From Desulfurellales bacterium (GTDB lineage: Bacteria > Campylobacterota_A > Desulfurellia > Desulfurellales > Hippeaceae), in assembly GCA_027074255.1 (NCBI GenBank), contig JALTDI010000108.1, positions 1 to 26,807 of the forward strand: 26,807 nucleotides of DNA, written 5' to 3'. How positions within the stretch are numbered: the first letter of the stretch is position 1; the number at the start of each line of letters is the position of its first letter. Shown one piece after another: positions 16,744 to 25,138 of the stretch. The translations under genes were made by a program, and so were the position numbers. The notes beneath the pieces were generated by a model that worked only from the letters and a program-made list of their open reading frames with translations, ran no database searches and was not told where the DNA came from.

Positions 16744-17970
16744 ATGTACGATTGGATTAATGAAAGACTTGATTTGGATAGGTTCAAAGATAAATATTTA
16801 ACCAAGGTTTTCCCCGTGCACCCCACATATTTTTTTGGTGAAATAGCTTTATTTAGTTTTGTAATACTTGTGTTGACAGGAATATATCTTTTGTTTAGCT
16901 ATGTTCCTTCATCCGAAATAATAAAGGTCGGCGGCAAAAAAATGCCGGCTGCATACCATAGCATTTTAATGATAAATGCTCAGCCTCTCGGTTTGATGAT
17001 GAGATATGTGCATCACTGGGCTGCTCATATAATGATAGCTGCTGTAATGTTGCATATGGCGAGGGTCTTTTTCTCGGGTTCATTTAAAAAGCCGAGAGAG
17101 ATAAATTGGTTTATAGGTATGATTTTATTAACGCTTGCAATCCTTGCCGGCTTTACGGGCTATTCATTGCCTTTTGATGCTCTTTCAACCGTTGCTACGG
17201 GAATAGGATACGAAATTGCAAATTCCGTGCCCTACATTGGTAATGCCGTTGCAAAATTTGTCTTTGCAGGCAAATTCCCAGCTCCCGGTTCATTGCAGAG
17301 GCTTCTTATGTATCATGTTGTGCTGCTTCCGGCCATAATTGCTGCCGTGATAGGCATTCATATGGCCATAATGGTAAAGCAGAAACATACCCAGCCTTAT
17401 AAGAATAAAGATATTGCAAAAAGCGGCAAAATTCTCGGAATACCATTATATCCGCAGCAGATGAGTCTTATGATGTTCGTTTTTTTCTTTGTTTTTGCAG
17501 TGCTTTTTTTCCTATCAGCATTTTTGCCTGTTCACAATGTTGAATATTTCGGGCCTCCTACACTGCAGACACCCATGGTTAAACCCGACTGGTATTTATT
17601 ATGGATATTCGGCATAATAAAACTAATACCCGGAACATGGAATATACCGCTTAGCGCGACAGCCTCTATAAGCCCTGAGGTGATAGGGGGACTTATTTTG
17701 CCGAGTATTATTATGCTGATAATAGCCATTGTACCGTTTCTTTCATATTCAAAAGAGTCTGTGGATTATTGGGAACCTGCAAGTTTGAGGCCGATAGGGA
17801 CATCTCTTGGAGTATCTTTTATAGTTATGTTTATAGCTTTAAGTGTAACGGGCTACCAGGCTGAGCTCAACATACCGATATCCATATGTAGGATATATAC
17901 AATTGTGCTGCCGGCAATAGGTTTTTTTACAAGCTATTACCTGATTAAGATAAAAAGTATAAAAAAGTGA
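16744..17970 (+). CDS. Cytochrome b subunit (unsplit) of a menaquinol-oxidising Rieske/cyt b complex
   Basis: GEIALFSF..LVLTG, heme His pairs RYVH...LH and YH...IH, GFTGYSLP and Qo motif PDWY. Confidence 0.93.
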   Translation: MYDWINERLDLDRFKDKYLTKVFPVHPTYFFGEIALFSFVILVLTGIYLLFSYVPSSEIIKVGGKKMPAAYHSILMINAQPLGLMMRYVHHWAAHIMIAAVMLHMARVFFSGSFKKPREINWFIGMILLTLAILAGFTGYSLPFDALSTVATGIGYEIANSVPYIGNAVAKFVFAGKFPAPGSLQRLLMYHVVLLPAIIAAVIGIHMAIMVKQKHTQPYKNKDIAKSGKILGIPLYPQQMSLMMFVFFFVFAVLFFLSAFLPVHNVEYFGPPTLQTPMVKPDWYLLWIFGIIKLIPGTWNIPLSATASISPEVIGGLILPSIIMLIIAIVPFLSYSKESVDYWEPASLRPIGTSLGVSFIVMFIALSVTGYQAELNIPISICRIYTIVLPAIGFFTSYYLIKIKSIKK

Positions 17971-17999
17971 TTGACTTGAAAGAGATTTTAGTGGATAAT
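17971..17999 (+). promoter_or_regulatory. Sigma70-type promoter for the downstream cytochrome c gene
   Basis: TTGACT (17971-17976), 17 nt spacer, GATAAT (17994-17999). RBS AGGAGG at 18015-18020. Confidence 0.55.
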
Positions 18000-18028
18000 T
18001 AAAAAAAGAAAAAAAGGAGGATATATTT

Positions 18029-18385
18029 ATGAAAGTAAAGTTTTTGGCAACCGCAGCTTTTGGAGCTTGTATGCTATTTGCAGGCAGCAATATCTCTTTT
18101 GCTGGTGATAAAAGCCCCGGCTATAAATTGGTTAAGGCGAACGGCTGTTTAGCCTGTCACTCTGTGGATCAGAATAAAGTCGGACCCTCTTACAAAGTTA
18201 TAGCCCAAACGAACAAAAAATTGTACGCTAAAGACGCTATAAAGCATATAGAAGAAGCCATAGAAAAGGGTTCAAAAGGTGTGTATAAAAAACTTGGAAT
18301 TACAGCTGTTATGCCTCCCTACGGATATCTTGGAAAAGAAAAGATTGAAACCATAGCAAAGTGGATTTTATCCCAGTCAAAATGA
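18029..18385 (+). CDS. Soluble periplasmic class I cytochrome c (c551/c552-like)
   Basis: Sec signal, GCLACH...VGPSY and distal VMPP Met. Confidence 0.92.
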   Translation: MKVKFLATAAFGACMLFAGSNISFAGDKSPGYKLVKANGCLACHSVDQNKVGPSYKVIAQTNKKLYAKDAIKHIEEAIEKGSKGVYKKLGITAVMPPYGYLGKEKIETIAKWILSQSK

Positions 18386-18412
18386 GAAGCTAATTGTATT
18401 CCCATATAGCAC

Positions 18413-18451
18413 AAAAAAAGAGGGGGGATTGCAATCTCTCCTCCTTTTTTT
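18413..18451. terminator. Intrinsic terminator, potentially bidirectional
   Basis: A7-GAGGGGGGATT-GC-AATCTCTCCTC-C-T7, an 11-bp stem with two G-U pairs flanked by A and T tracts. Confidence 0.8.
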
Positions 18452-18524
18452 AATAGGTCGGCTACATTGGGTTTAGGTAACGCTCTTTAATTAATATTTA
18501 GCTATTTTCTTAAAAGGAGGATTT

Positions 18525-20957
18525 ATGAGCGAGAAAAAAAACGGATTGAGCAGGCGTAATTTTATTAAAACAACAGCGGCGGCCGGTGCCTTGGCTTACG
18601 CAGCCCCTTCTGTCTTTGCAAAAAGATTGCCGAGCAAACCCGTATTGGATACATACACAACTCCTACCGCTACTCACTGGGGCTCTGTTGAGGCTATCGT
18701 AGAAGGCGGAGAGTTCACAAGAGTTAAAGCCTTTAAAGATGATTACCCGATACCGATGACGCAGGGTCTTGCAGACAGGGTAAATGCTCAAAATAGGGTA
18801 AAATACCCTATGGTGCGAGAAAGCTATTTAAAACACGGATATAGGAGCAACAAAGCTTTGAGGGGCAGGGATAAGTTCGTAAGGGTAAGCTGGGAAAAGG
18901 CTTATGATATTATCGCAAAAGAGATGAAAAGAATTAAATCAAAATACGGCAATTCCGCTTTCTTTGCCGGCAGCGTAGATTGGCATAGTGTGGGTAAACT
19001 GCATGCCGCACCGACCCTTTTGAGAAGAATGTTGAATCTATACGGTGGATTTACGGATGATACGGGCGATTTCAGTGTTCAGGCTGCAATGACGATATTA
19101 CCCCATGTTACGGGTAATATAGAGGTTTATGATAAACAAACGGCCTGGCCTACAATAATAGAGCATACGGACACGGTTATTCTTTGGGCTGCCGATTTGC
19201 TGAAAAACAATCAGATAGGATGGGACCCGCCAGATCATTACGCTTATAATGCAATAAAAAAACTTAAAGAAAAAGGCAAAAAAATTATATCCATCGACCC
19301 TCGATATACCGATACAACAGAATTTTTAAAGGCCGATTGGATAGCCATAAGACCCAATACCGATGTTGCCATGATGCTTGCAATAGCTTACACGCTATAT
19401 AAGGAAAACCTCTATGATAAAGCATTTTTAGACAAATATACCGTTGGATTCGACAAATTTTTACCGTATTTGCTCGGAAAAACAGACGGTGTCGAAAAAA
19501 CACCAGAATGGGCTTCAAAGATTGCCGAAATAGATGCCGATACGATTAAAAAAATAGCGAGAGTTATGGCAAAAGGGCGCACAATGATAATGAGCGGCTG
19601 GGCAACCCAGAGACAGGACCATGGAGAGCAGGCTCCCTGGATGGTAGTTACGCTTGCCGCTATGCTGGGACAGATAGGTCTTCCGGGCGGCGGCTTCGGT
19701 TTTAGTTATCATTATGCATCAGGCGGTGCACCTGAGGCCAATGCTCCATCTCTTCCGGGTATTTCATCTCAAGATAATCCGGTGAAGACGGAAATACCGT
19801 TTGCCCACGCCGTAAGTGATTTATTGCTTCACCCTGGCAAAGTTATTGATTTTAACGGTTCAAAGATTAAATATCCCTTGATAAAACTTGTCTGGTGGGC
19901 CGGCGGCAACCCGATGAGCCATCAAATGGATAGAAATAGAGAGATAAAAGCCTGGAGAAGGCCGGACACTATAATAATTAACGAAATTTATTGGACGTCA
20001 ACGGCAAAGTTTGCCGACATAGTTCTGCCTGTGACGACTACTTTTGAAAGAAACGATATAGAAATTATAAGCGAATACACAAATAGATATATCGTTGCCA
20101 TGAAAAAAACCGTGGAACCGCTTTATGAGTCAAAGAGCGATTATGATATATTTGCAGGTATATCAAAGAAACTTGGATTTGAGAAGAAATTCAGCGAGGG
20201 CAAAACCGATATGGACTGGATAAAACAGTTCTATTCTATCGCGCAAAAGCAGGCTAAGATTAAGAAACTTAATATGCCTGAATTTGATGAATTCTGGGAT
20301 AAGGGCTATGTTGAATTCCCTGTCACCGAGGAGGCAAAGCAGTGGGTAAGGTATGGTGATTTTAGAGCAAATCCGCTCAAAAACCCGCTTGGCACCCCAT
20401 CAGGCAAGGTGGAAATCTTTTCCAACACAATAGCAAAGTTTAAGTACGACGATTGCCCCGGACATCCTACGTGGATGGAGCCCATAGAATGGCTCGGGAG
20501 CAAAAAAGCCAAAAAATACCCATTGCATATGGTATCGTCTCATCCGAAATTCAGACTGCATTCACAGCTTGATAATACATGGCTTAGAAGTCTCTATGAA
20601 ATAAACGAAAGAGAGCCGATGTGGATAAATCCTAAGGATGCTAAAAAATACGGAATCAAAGAGAATGATCTTGTAATGGTACACAATGCAAGGGGTAAAC
20701 TGCTTGCATCAGCTGTTATAACCGACAGGATAAGGCAAGGTGTTATACTTGTTCACGAGGGAGCCTGGTATGACCCTGATAAACCGGGTGAAGTCGGAGC
20801 TATGTGTAAACACGGCAACCCGAATCTTGTTACGCTTGATAAGGGGACGTCCAAATTAGCTCAGGGTAATATTGCAAACACCGTTTTAGTAAAGGTTACA
20901 AAATACAAAAAGACGCCGCCGAAGGTTACCGTCTTTGATGTGCCGGCGGGGGGTTGA
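18525..20957 (+). CDS. torA: Periplasmic molybdopterin oxidoreductase, DorA/TorA/BisC (TMAO/DMSO/sulfoxide reductase) group
   Basis: Tat motif SRRNFIK, ATHWG, RVKYPMVR, GDFSVQA (Mo-ligating Ser) and SSHPKFRLHSQ. No N-terminal FeS cluster motif. Substrate is uncertain. Confidence 0.85.
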   Translation: MSEKKNGLSRRNFIKTTAAAGALAYAAPSVFAKRLPSKPVLDTYTTPTATHWGSVEAIVEGGEFTRVKAFKDDYPIPMTQGLADRVNAQNRVKYPMVRESYLKHGYRSNKALRGRDKFVRVSWEKAYDIIAKEMKRIKSKYGNSAFFAGSVDWHSVGKLHAAPTLLRRMLNLYGGFTDDTGDFSVQAAMTILPHVTGNIEVYDKQTAWPTIIEHTDTVILWAADLLKNNQIGWDPPDHYAYNAIKKLKEKGKKIISIDPRYTDTTEFLKADWIAIRPNTDVAMMLAIAYTLYKENLYDKAFLDKYTVGFDKFLPYLLGKTDGVEKTPEWASKIAEIDADTIKKIARVMAKGRTMIMSGWATQRQDHGEQAPWMVVTLAAMLGQIGLPGGGFGFSYHYASGGAPEANAPSLPGISSQDNPVKTEIPFAHAVSDLLLHPGKVIDFNGSKIKYPLIKLVWWAGGNPMSHQMDRNREIKAWRRPDTIIINEIYWTSTAKFADIVLPVTTTFERNDIEIISEYTNRYIVAMKKTVEPLYESKSDYDIFAGISKKLGFEKKFSEGKTDMDWIKQFYSIAQKQAKIKKLNMPEFDEFWDKGYVEFPVTEEAKQWVRYGDFRANPLKNPLGTPSGKVEIFSNTIAKFKYDDCPGHPTWMEPIEWLGSKKAKKYPLHMVSSHPKFRLHSQLDNTWLRSLYEINEREPMWINPKDAKKYGIKENDLVMVHNARGKLLASAVITDRIRQGVILVHEGAWYDPDKPGEVGAMCKHGNPNLVTLDKGTSKLAQGNIANTVLVKVTKYKKTPPKVTVFDVPAGG

Positions 20958-20964
20958 TTTTTCA

Positions 20965-21591
20965 ATGAAAATTACTGCTTTGAGGTTTTTAACAACTGCT
21001 CTGTTTTTTTTGATATTCAGTTTAACCGGGTATGCATATGGAGGGGATGTTTTATATGCATCCTCTCCCGTTAATATCTTTTTGGACAACACGCACACAA
21101 AAGCAATAGGAACAGCTGAAATAGGTGCGAAGGTCTATCAGATAAAAAAGACCGGTCAATGGGTTGAGGTTAAAATCAAAGGGTGGCGGCAGAAAGGCTT
21201 GAAATCCATTATATACGCCTTTATGGGTAAGAGGATTTTAAAGGTTCAATTGACGCCTGTCGGGGAAAAGTTTGTAAATGTCTTAAAGACCATAAAGGAT
21301 AAAGATACGCAGCTGACATGGTATGAGGTTGAAATCAGCAATGTATGGATAAATTCAAAGTACCTTGCTGACAGTATGGACAGCGTATGGCAATCCGTTT
21401 CAAAGCTATTTCACGAAAGATGTTCTATGTGCCACGCTCTGCCGAAATCAACAACATTTACGGCAAATCAGTGGCCGGCAACTCTGCGTGTTATGACAAG
21501 AAGAGCGGCTTTGGATAAAGAGCAGGCTGATGTTGTCTCTAAGTTTTTACAGTATCATGCAAAAGACACGAAAAATTTGAAAGAGGATTAA
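20965..21591 (+). CDS. Monoheme cytochrome c partner of the molybdoenzyme (TorC/DorC C-terminal-domain-like)
   Basis: Sec signal, SH3-like N-terminal region, CSMCH...F.ANQW...M motif; directly downstream of the torA-like gene. Confidence 0.82.
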   Translation: MKITALRFLTTALFFLIFSLTGYAYGGDVLYASSPVNIFLDNTHTKAIGTAEIGAKVYQIKKTGQWVEVKIKGWRQKGLKSIIYAFMGKRILKVQLTPVGEKFVNVLKTIKDKDTQLTWYEVEISNVWINSKYLADSMDSVWQSVSKLFHERCSMCHALPKSTTFTANQWPATLRVMTRRAALDKEQADVVSKFLQYHAKDTKNLKED

Positions 21592-21592
21592 T

Positions 21593-22294
21593 TTATTTAA
21601 TTTTTTGCAAATATGCCGCTATGTCGTTGTAACCTGCCTCTTTTGCCTTTTTCAGCGCAGTATAATCGTTGACATCTCTTAGGGAGGTGTCAGCTCCTTT
21701 TTCAATTAAATATTTTACAACGTCGAAGTTGCCCCTAAATGCAGCCTTTATAAGAGCCGATTCTCCAAGCGAATCCTGAATGTCTATTTTTGCTCCTTTT
21801 TCAATCAAATATTTAACTATTTCTACAAAGCCGTCTCCTATTATTCCCTCGGAAGCTGTCATCAAAGCTGTGTTGCCGTAGTTGTTTTTTGCATTTATGT
21901 CAGCTTTGTGCTCACAAAGATATTTTACCGTTTCAAACATACCCCTTTTTGCGGCCTCAATTAGGGGTGTGTTGTTCCATTTATCCTTGGCATTTACGAA
22001 AGCTCCGCTGTCTATGAGCGTTTTGATTATTTCAAAATCGGCCTTTGAAACAATTGCTTCCATTAAAACGCTGTTGCCCCACATATTCTTTGCGTTTACC
22101 TTGGCTTTCTTTTCTATTAAGTATTTTACAACATCTATGCAGTTTGAGGCTGCGGCTTTCATAAGAGGTGTTTCTGAGAATTTATTTTTTCTGTTAATAT
22201 CTGCTCCCTGTTCAATGACTTTTTTCACTTTATCCAATCTGCATTCTTCTGCATATTCGGATAATTCCCTATTAAGCGAGGTTTTTGTTTTCAT
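21593..22294 (-). CDS. Cytoplasmic ankyrin-repeat protein (about 5 full plus 2 capping repeats)
   Basis: Repeated TPL/TAL..AA..G...VVKYLIEKGA..N units; AAGGAG RBS on the minus strand; no signal peptide. Confidence 0.92.
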   Translation of the reverse strand: MKTKTSLNRELSEYAEECRLDKVKKVIEQGADINRKNKFSETPLMKAAASNCIDVVKYLIEKKAKVNAKNMWGNSVLMEAIVSKADFEIIKTLIDSGAFVNAKDKWNNTPLIEAAKRGMFETVKYLCEHKADINAKNNYGNTALMTASEGIIGDGFVEIVKYLIEKGAKIDIQDSLGESALIKAAFRGNFDVVKYLIEKGADTSLRDVNDYTALKKAKEAGYNDIAAYLQKIK

Positions 22295-22449
22295 AGCTAA
22301 TCTCCTTAAAAATCAATAAATTCAGCTTTTTTATAATAATGAATATCGTATATATTTCAACGTCAAAATTATTGCCTTTTTGATTTTTATGTTTACCGGT
22401 TTTGTGCTTTCGTATTTGAATTTGTTTTGCAGGTTTATTTTTTATTGAC

Positions 22450-22479
22450 TTGACAAAACCGCATCAAAGTCCTTATTAT
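22450..22479 (+). promoter_or_regulatory. Sigma70-type promoter for the MBL hydrolase-ubiD pair
   Basis: TTGACA (22450-22455), 18 nt spacer, TATTAT (22474-22479). RBS GGAGG at 22497-22501. Confidence 0.5.
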
Positions 22480-22508
22480 TAAATGAAATACTTATCGGAG
22501 GTATAGTT

Positions 22509-23342
22509 ATGGAGTTAAAAATTACTATCTTGGCTGAAAACAGTGTAGTTGTTCCCTTTGATGTCATAGGTGAACACGGTTTCAGCGCCTTTGTTGAAAC
22601 AGACGATTTTAATTTCCTCTTTGACACGGGACAGGGCAGGGCTCTTGTAAATAATTCGATAGCACTGAGAAAGGATTTAAGCAGCATCAAATTTCTATAC
22701 CTGTCTCACGGGCATTATGACCACACAGGCGGTATGGTCGATTTGTTAAAGATAAAATCACCGCTGGATGTGTATTCTCACCCCAATATCTTTTCAGAGC
22801 GTTATTGGTTTAAAGACGGCATAAAAAAATACATAGGCGTGCCTTTTAGCAGGGAATATCTTGAGAGCCTCGGTTCAAACTTCATATTTCACAAGGAATT
22901 TAAAGAGATAGACACAAATATTTTTTCATCCGGTGTTGTTGATAGAAATACGACTTTTGAAAAAATAGACAAAGAGATGAAGGTTAAAACACAAACAGGT
23001 GAACTTGTTCAGGATCAGATATGGGATGACTATTCTCTGGCGATAAAGACCTCTAAGGGGCTGGTTGTTATATTGGGTTGTGCGCACGCAGGCATAGTAA
23101 ACATACTTAACCACTTTATAGAAAAGACCAAAGAAAAGGAGATATATGCCGTTTTGGGCGGAACACATCTCGGTTTTGCAAACGACGAGCAGATAGACGA
23201 AACGATTAAAGTTCTTGATAAATACAACATACAAAAGCTCGGTGCATCTCACTGCACTGGATTGAGTGTAAGTGCAAAATTATTTAACAGACTGGGGGAT
23301 AGGTTTTTCTTTGCATCCGTCGGAGCTGTTCTTGAAATATGA
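22509..23342 (+). CDS. MBL-fold metallo-hydrolase
   Basis: GEHGFS, LFDTG, LSHGHYDHTGG, GCAHAG, GGTHL and SHCTG motifs. Confidence 0.9.
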   Translation: MELKITILAENSVVVPFDVIGEHGFSAFVETDDFNFLFDTGQGRALVNNSIALRKDLSSIKFLYLSHGHYDHTGGMVDLLKIKSPLDVYSHPNIFSERYWFKDGIKKYIGVPFSREYLESLGSNFIFHKEFKEIDTNIFSSGVVDRNTTFEKIDKEMKVKTQTGELVQDQIWDDYSLAIKTSKGLVVILGCAHAGIVNILNHFIEKTKEKEIYAVLGGTHLGFANDEQIDETIKVLDKYNIQKLGASHCTGLSVSAKLFNRLGDRFFFASVGAVLEI

Positions 23343-25129
23343 TGAACATTGTTGAGCGTTTTAAAAATTATATAAAGGTTATAGATTCTGAGGTTGATGT
23401 TAATCTTGAAATGGCTCATATAGCCTATGCCGAGGCTAAAAAGGAAGAGCCGAAAATTTTGCTTTTCAATAAACCCGTCGATAAAAAACTAAATAAGAAA
23501 TACTCCATGCCCGTTTTGATGAATCTTTTTGCAAATGAACGTATTGCAGTTGAGATATTAGGGGCTCACCCGGACGAGATTGCAGAAAAAATAGAGAATG
23601 CTCTTAAAATGCAGCCCCCGAAAAATTTAAAAGATAAAATTGATATGTTTAAATTTTTATTCGGTATTAGACGCATATTCCCCAAAAGGTCAAGCAAAAG
23701 AGGACGCTGTCAAGCAAAAGAAATAAAAAGCTTGGATGATTTGCCGATATTAAAGACCTGGCCCAAAGACGGAGGAAAATTTATCACTATGGGTCAAGTT
23801 TATACTCATAGTATAGACGGGCAGATAAATAATGTCGGAATGTATAGGCTGCAGGCCTATGGCAAGAGCACTCTCGGTATGCACTGGCAGATTCATAAAG
23901 ATTCAAATCATATTTTTCATCAATATAAAAAAGCTAACAAAAAAATGCCTGTAACAGTGGCTATCGGGGGTGACCCTCTTTATAGCTGGTGCGCAACCGC
24001 TCCTTTGCCTCAGGGTATATTTGAGCTTTTGCTCTATGGGTTTATAAGAAATACAAACCCTATTTTGGTTAAGAGCCTCACAAACGATATATATGTGCCC
24101 GAAAATGCGGACATCATAATCGAGGGGTTTGTTGATCCTATCAACGAGCGTATTGAGGGTCAATTCGGAGATCATACGGGATATTATACACCCAAAGAAC
24201 CTTACCCCGTTATGGAGGTTACGAAAATTACTTCAAAGAAATCACCGATTTTCCTTGCAACGGTTGTCGGCAAACCGCCTTTGGAGGATAAGTATCTCGG
24301 ATGGATAACAGAAAGGGTTTTCCTTCCGCTTATTAGGATGCAGTCTCCCGATTTAATAGATTATAAGATGCCGGAAAACGGAGTATTTCACAACCTTATA
24401 CTGTGCAGGATATCTCCGAAATATCCCGGACATTCATTGCAGATTATGCACTCATTGTGGGGCAGCGGACAGATGAGTTTTGTTAAACATGCGGTTTTTG
24501 TTGATGAGGACGCTCCGCCTTTAACGGATTATAAACAATTGGCCGATTATGTGCTGAACAGACTTTCTAAGGAGAAAGTATTGGTTACAAAGGGCATTTT
24601 GGATGCACTTGACCATTCGTCTCCCGAAGCCTTGGTCGGAGGTAAACTCGGTATAGATGCAACCGGGGATACGGTTGAAAAACACGTAGAAATTTTAAAA
24701 GACAATGAACTTTTTGAAAGAATGAAACTGATTGATAAGAGTATAACAAACATAAAACAGTATTGTAAGGACAGTGCGAACCCAGTAACCATCATTGCCG
24801 TGAAAAAAGACAAGCCCGTAAGGATAATTTTTGAAAGTCTAAGAGGTCTGCATAGGTTCCTTTCCGTTGTGATTTTTGTTGACGATATAAATAATGTGAA
24901 TAATCCGTATATGCTTGTTTGGCGCATAGTCAATAATATAGATGCCCTAAGGGATGTCTGGATTGACGACATAATAGGTGTTGATGCTACGACCAAAAGC
25001 AAAAAAGACGGATTTATGAGACAGTGGCCGGATGATGTTGTGTGCGATAGAGACACCTTTTATAGTTTGAAGAAGAAGGGCTTGATAGATATAGACGAAA
25101 AAACAATAATAGACTTTCAGCTTTTATGA
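23339..25129 (+). CDS. ubiD: UbiD-family prFMN decarboxylase, probably menaquinone (futalosine pathway) associated, long form of about 600 aa
   Basis: N.GMYRLQ, MHWQ.HKD, EGQFGDHTGYY, GKPP.ED and LDHSS motifs, plus a duplicated C-terminal N.D..RD...G.DAT segment. Confidence 0.85.
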   Translation: MMNIVERFKNYIKVIDSEVDVNLEMAHIAYAEAKKEEPKILLFNKPVDKKLNKKYSMPVLMNLFANERIAVEILGAHPDEIAEKIENALKMQPPKNLKDKIDMFKFLFGIRRIFPKRSSKRGRCQAKEIKSLDDLPILKTWPKDGGKFITMGQVYTHSIDGQINNVGMYRLQAYGKSTLGMHWQIHKDSNHIFHQYKKANKKMPVTVAIGGDPLYSWCATAPLPQGIFELLLYGFIRNTNPILVKSLTNDIYVPENADIIIEGFVDPINERIEGQFGDHTGYYTPKEPYPVMEVTKITSKKSPIFLATVVGKPPLEDKYLGWITERVFLPLIRMQSPDLIDYKMPENGVFHNLILCRISPKYPGHSLQIMHSLWGSGQMSFVKHAVFVDEDAPPLTDYKQLADYVLNRLSKEKVLVTKGILDALDHSSPEALVGGKLGIDATGDTVEKHVEILKDNELFERMKLIDKSITNIKQYCKDSANPVTIIAVKKDKPVRIIFESLRGLHRFLSVVIFVDDINNVNNPYMLVWRIVNNIDALRDVWIDDIIGVDATTKSKKDGFMRQWPDDVVCDRDTFYSLKKKGLIDIDEKTIIDFQLL

Positions 25130-25138
25130 TAACAAAGC

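Noticed and set aside
20954-20965. TTGATTTTTCAA palindrome resembling an Fnr box
   Set aside because: Half-site spacing is 2 nt too short, and it lies on the torA stop / next start junction, not in a promoter.
21882-22319. 145-aa plus-strand ORF
   Set aside because: Antisense shadow of the ankyrin gene; its repetitive look mirrors the ankyrin repeats.
17971-22453. TTGACTTGA shared at 17971 and 22445
   Set aside because: Explained by -35 hexamers in AT-rich DNA; the downstream genes are functionally unrelated.
24547-25056. 169-aa minus-strand ORF
   Set aside because: Antisense to ubiD, Ser/Leu-rich and without motifs. The same applies to the other short nested ORFs in the track.
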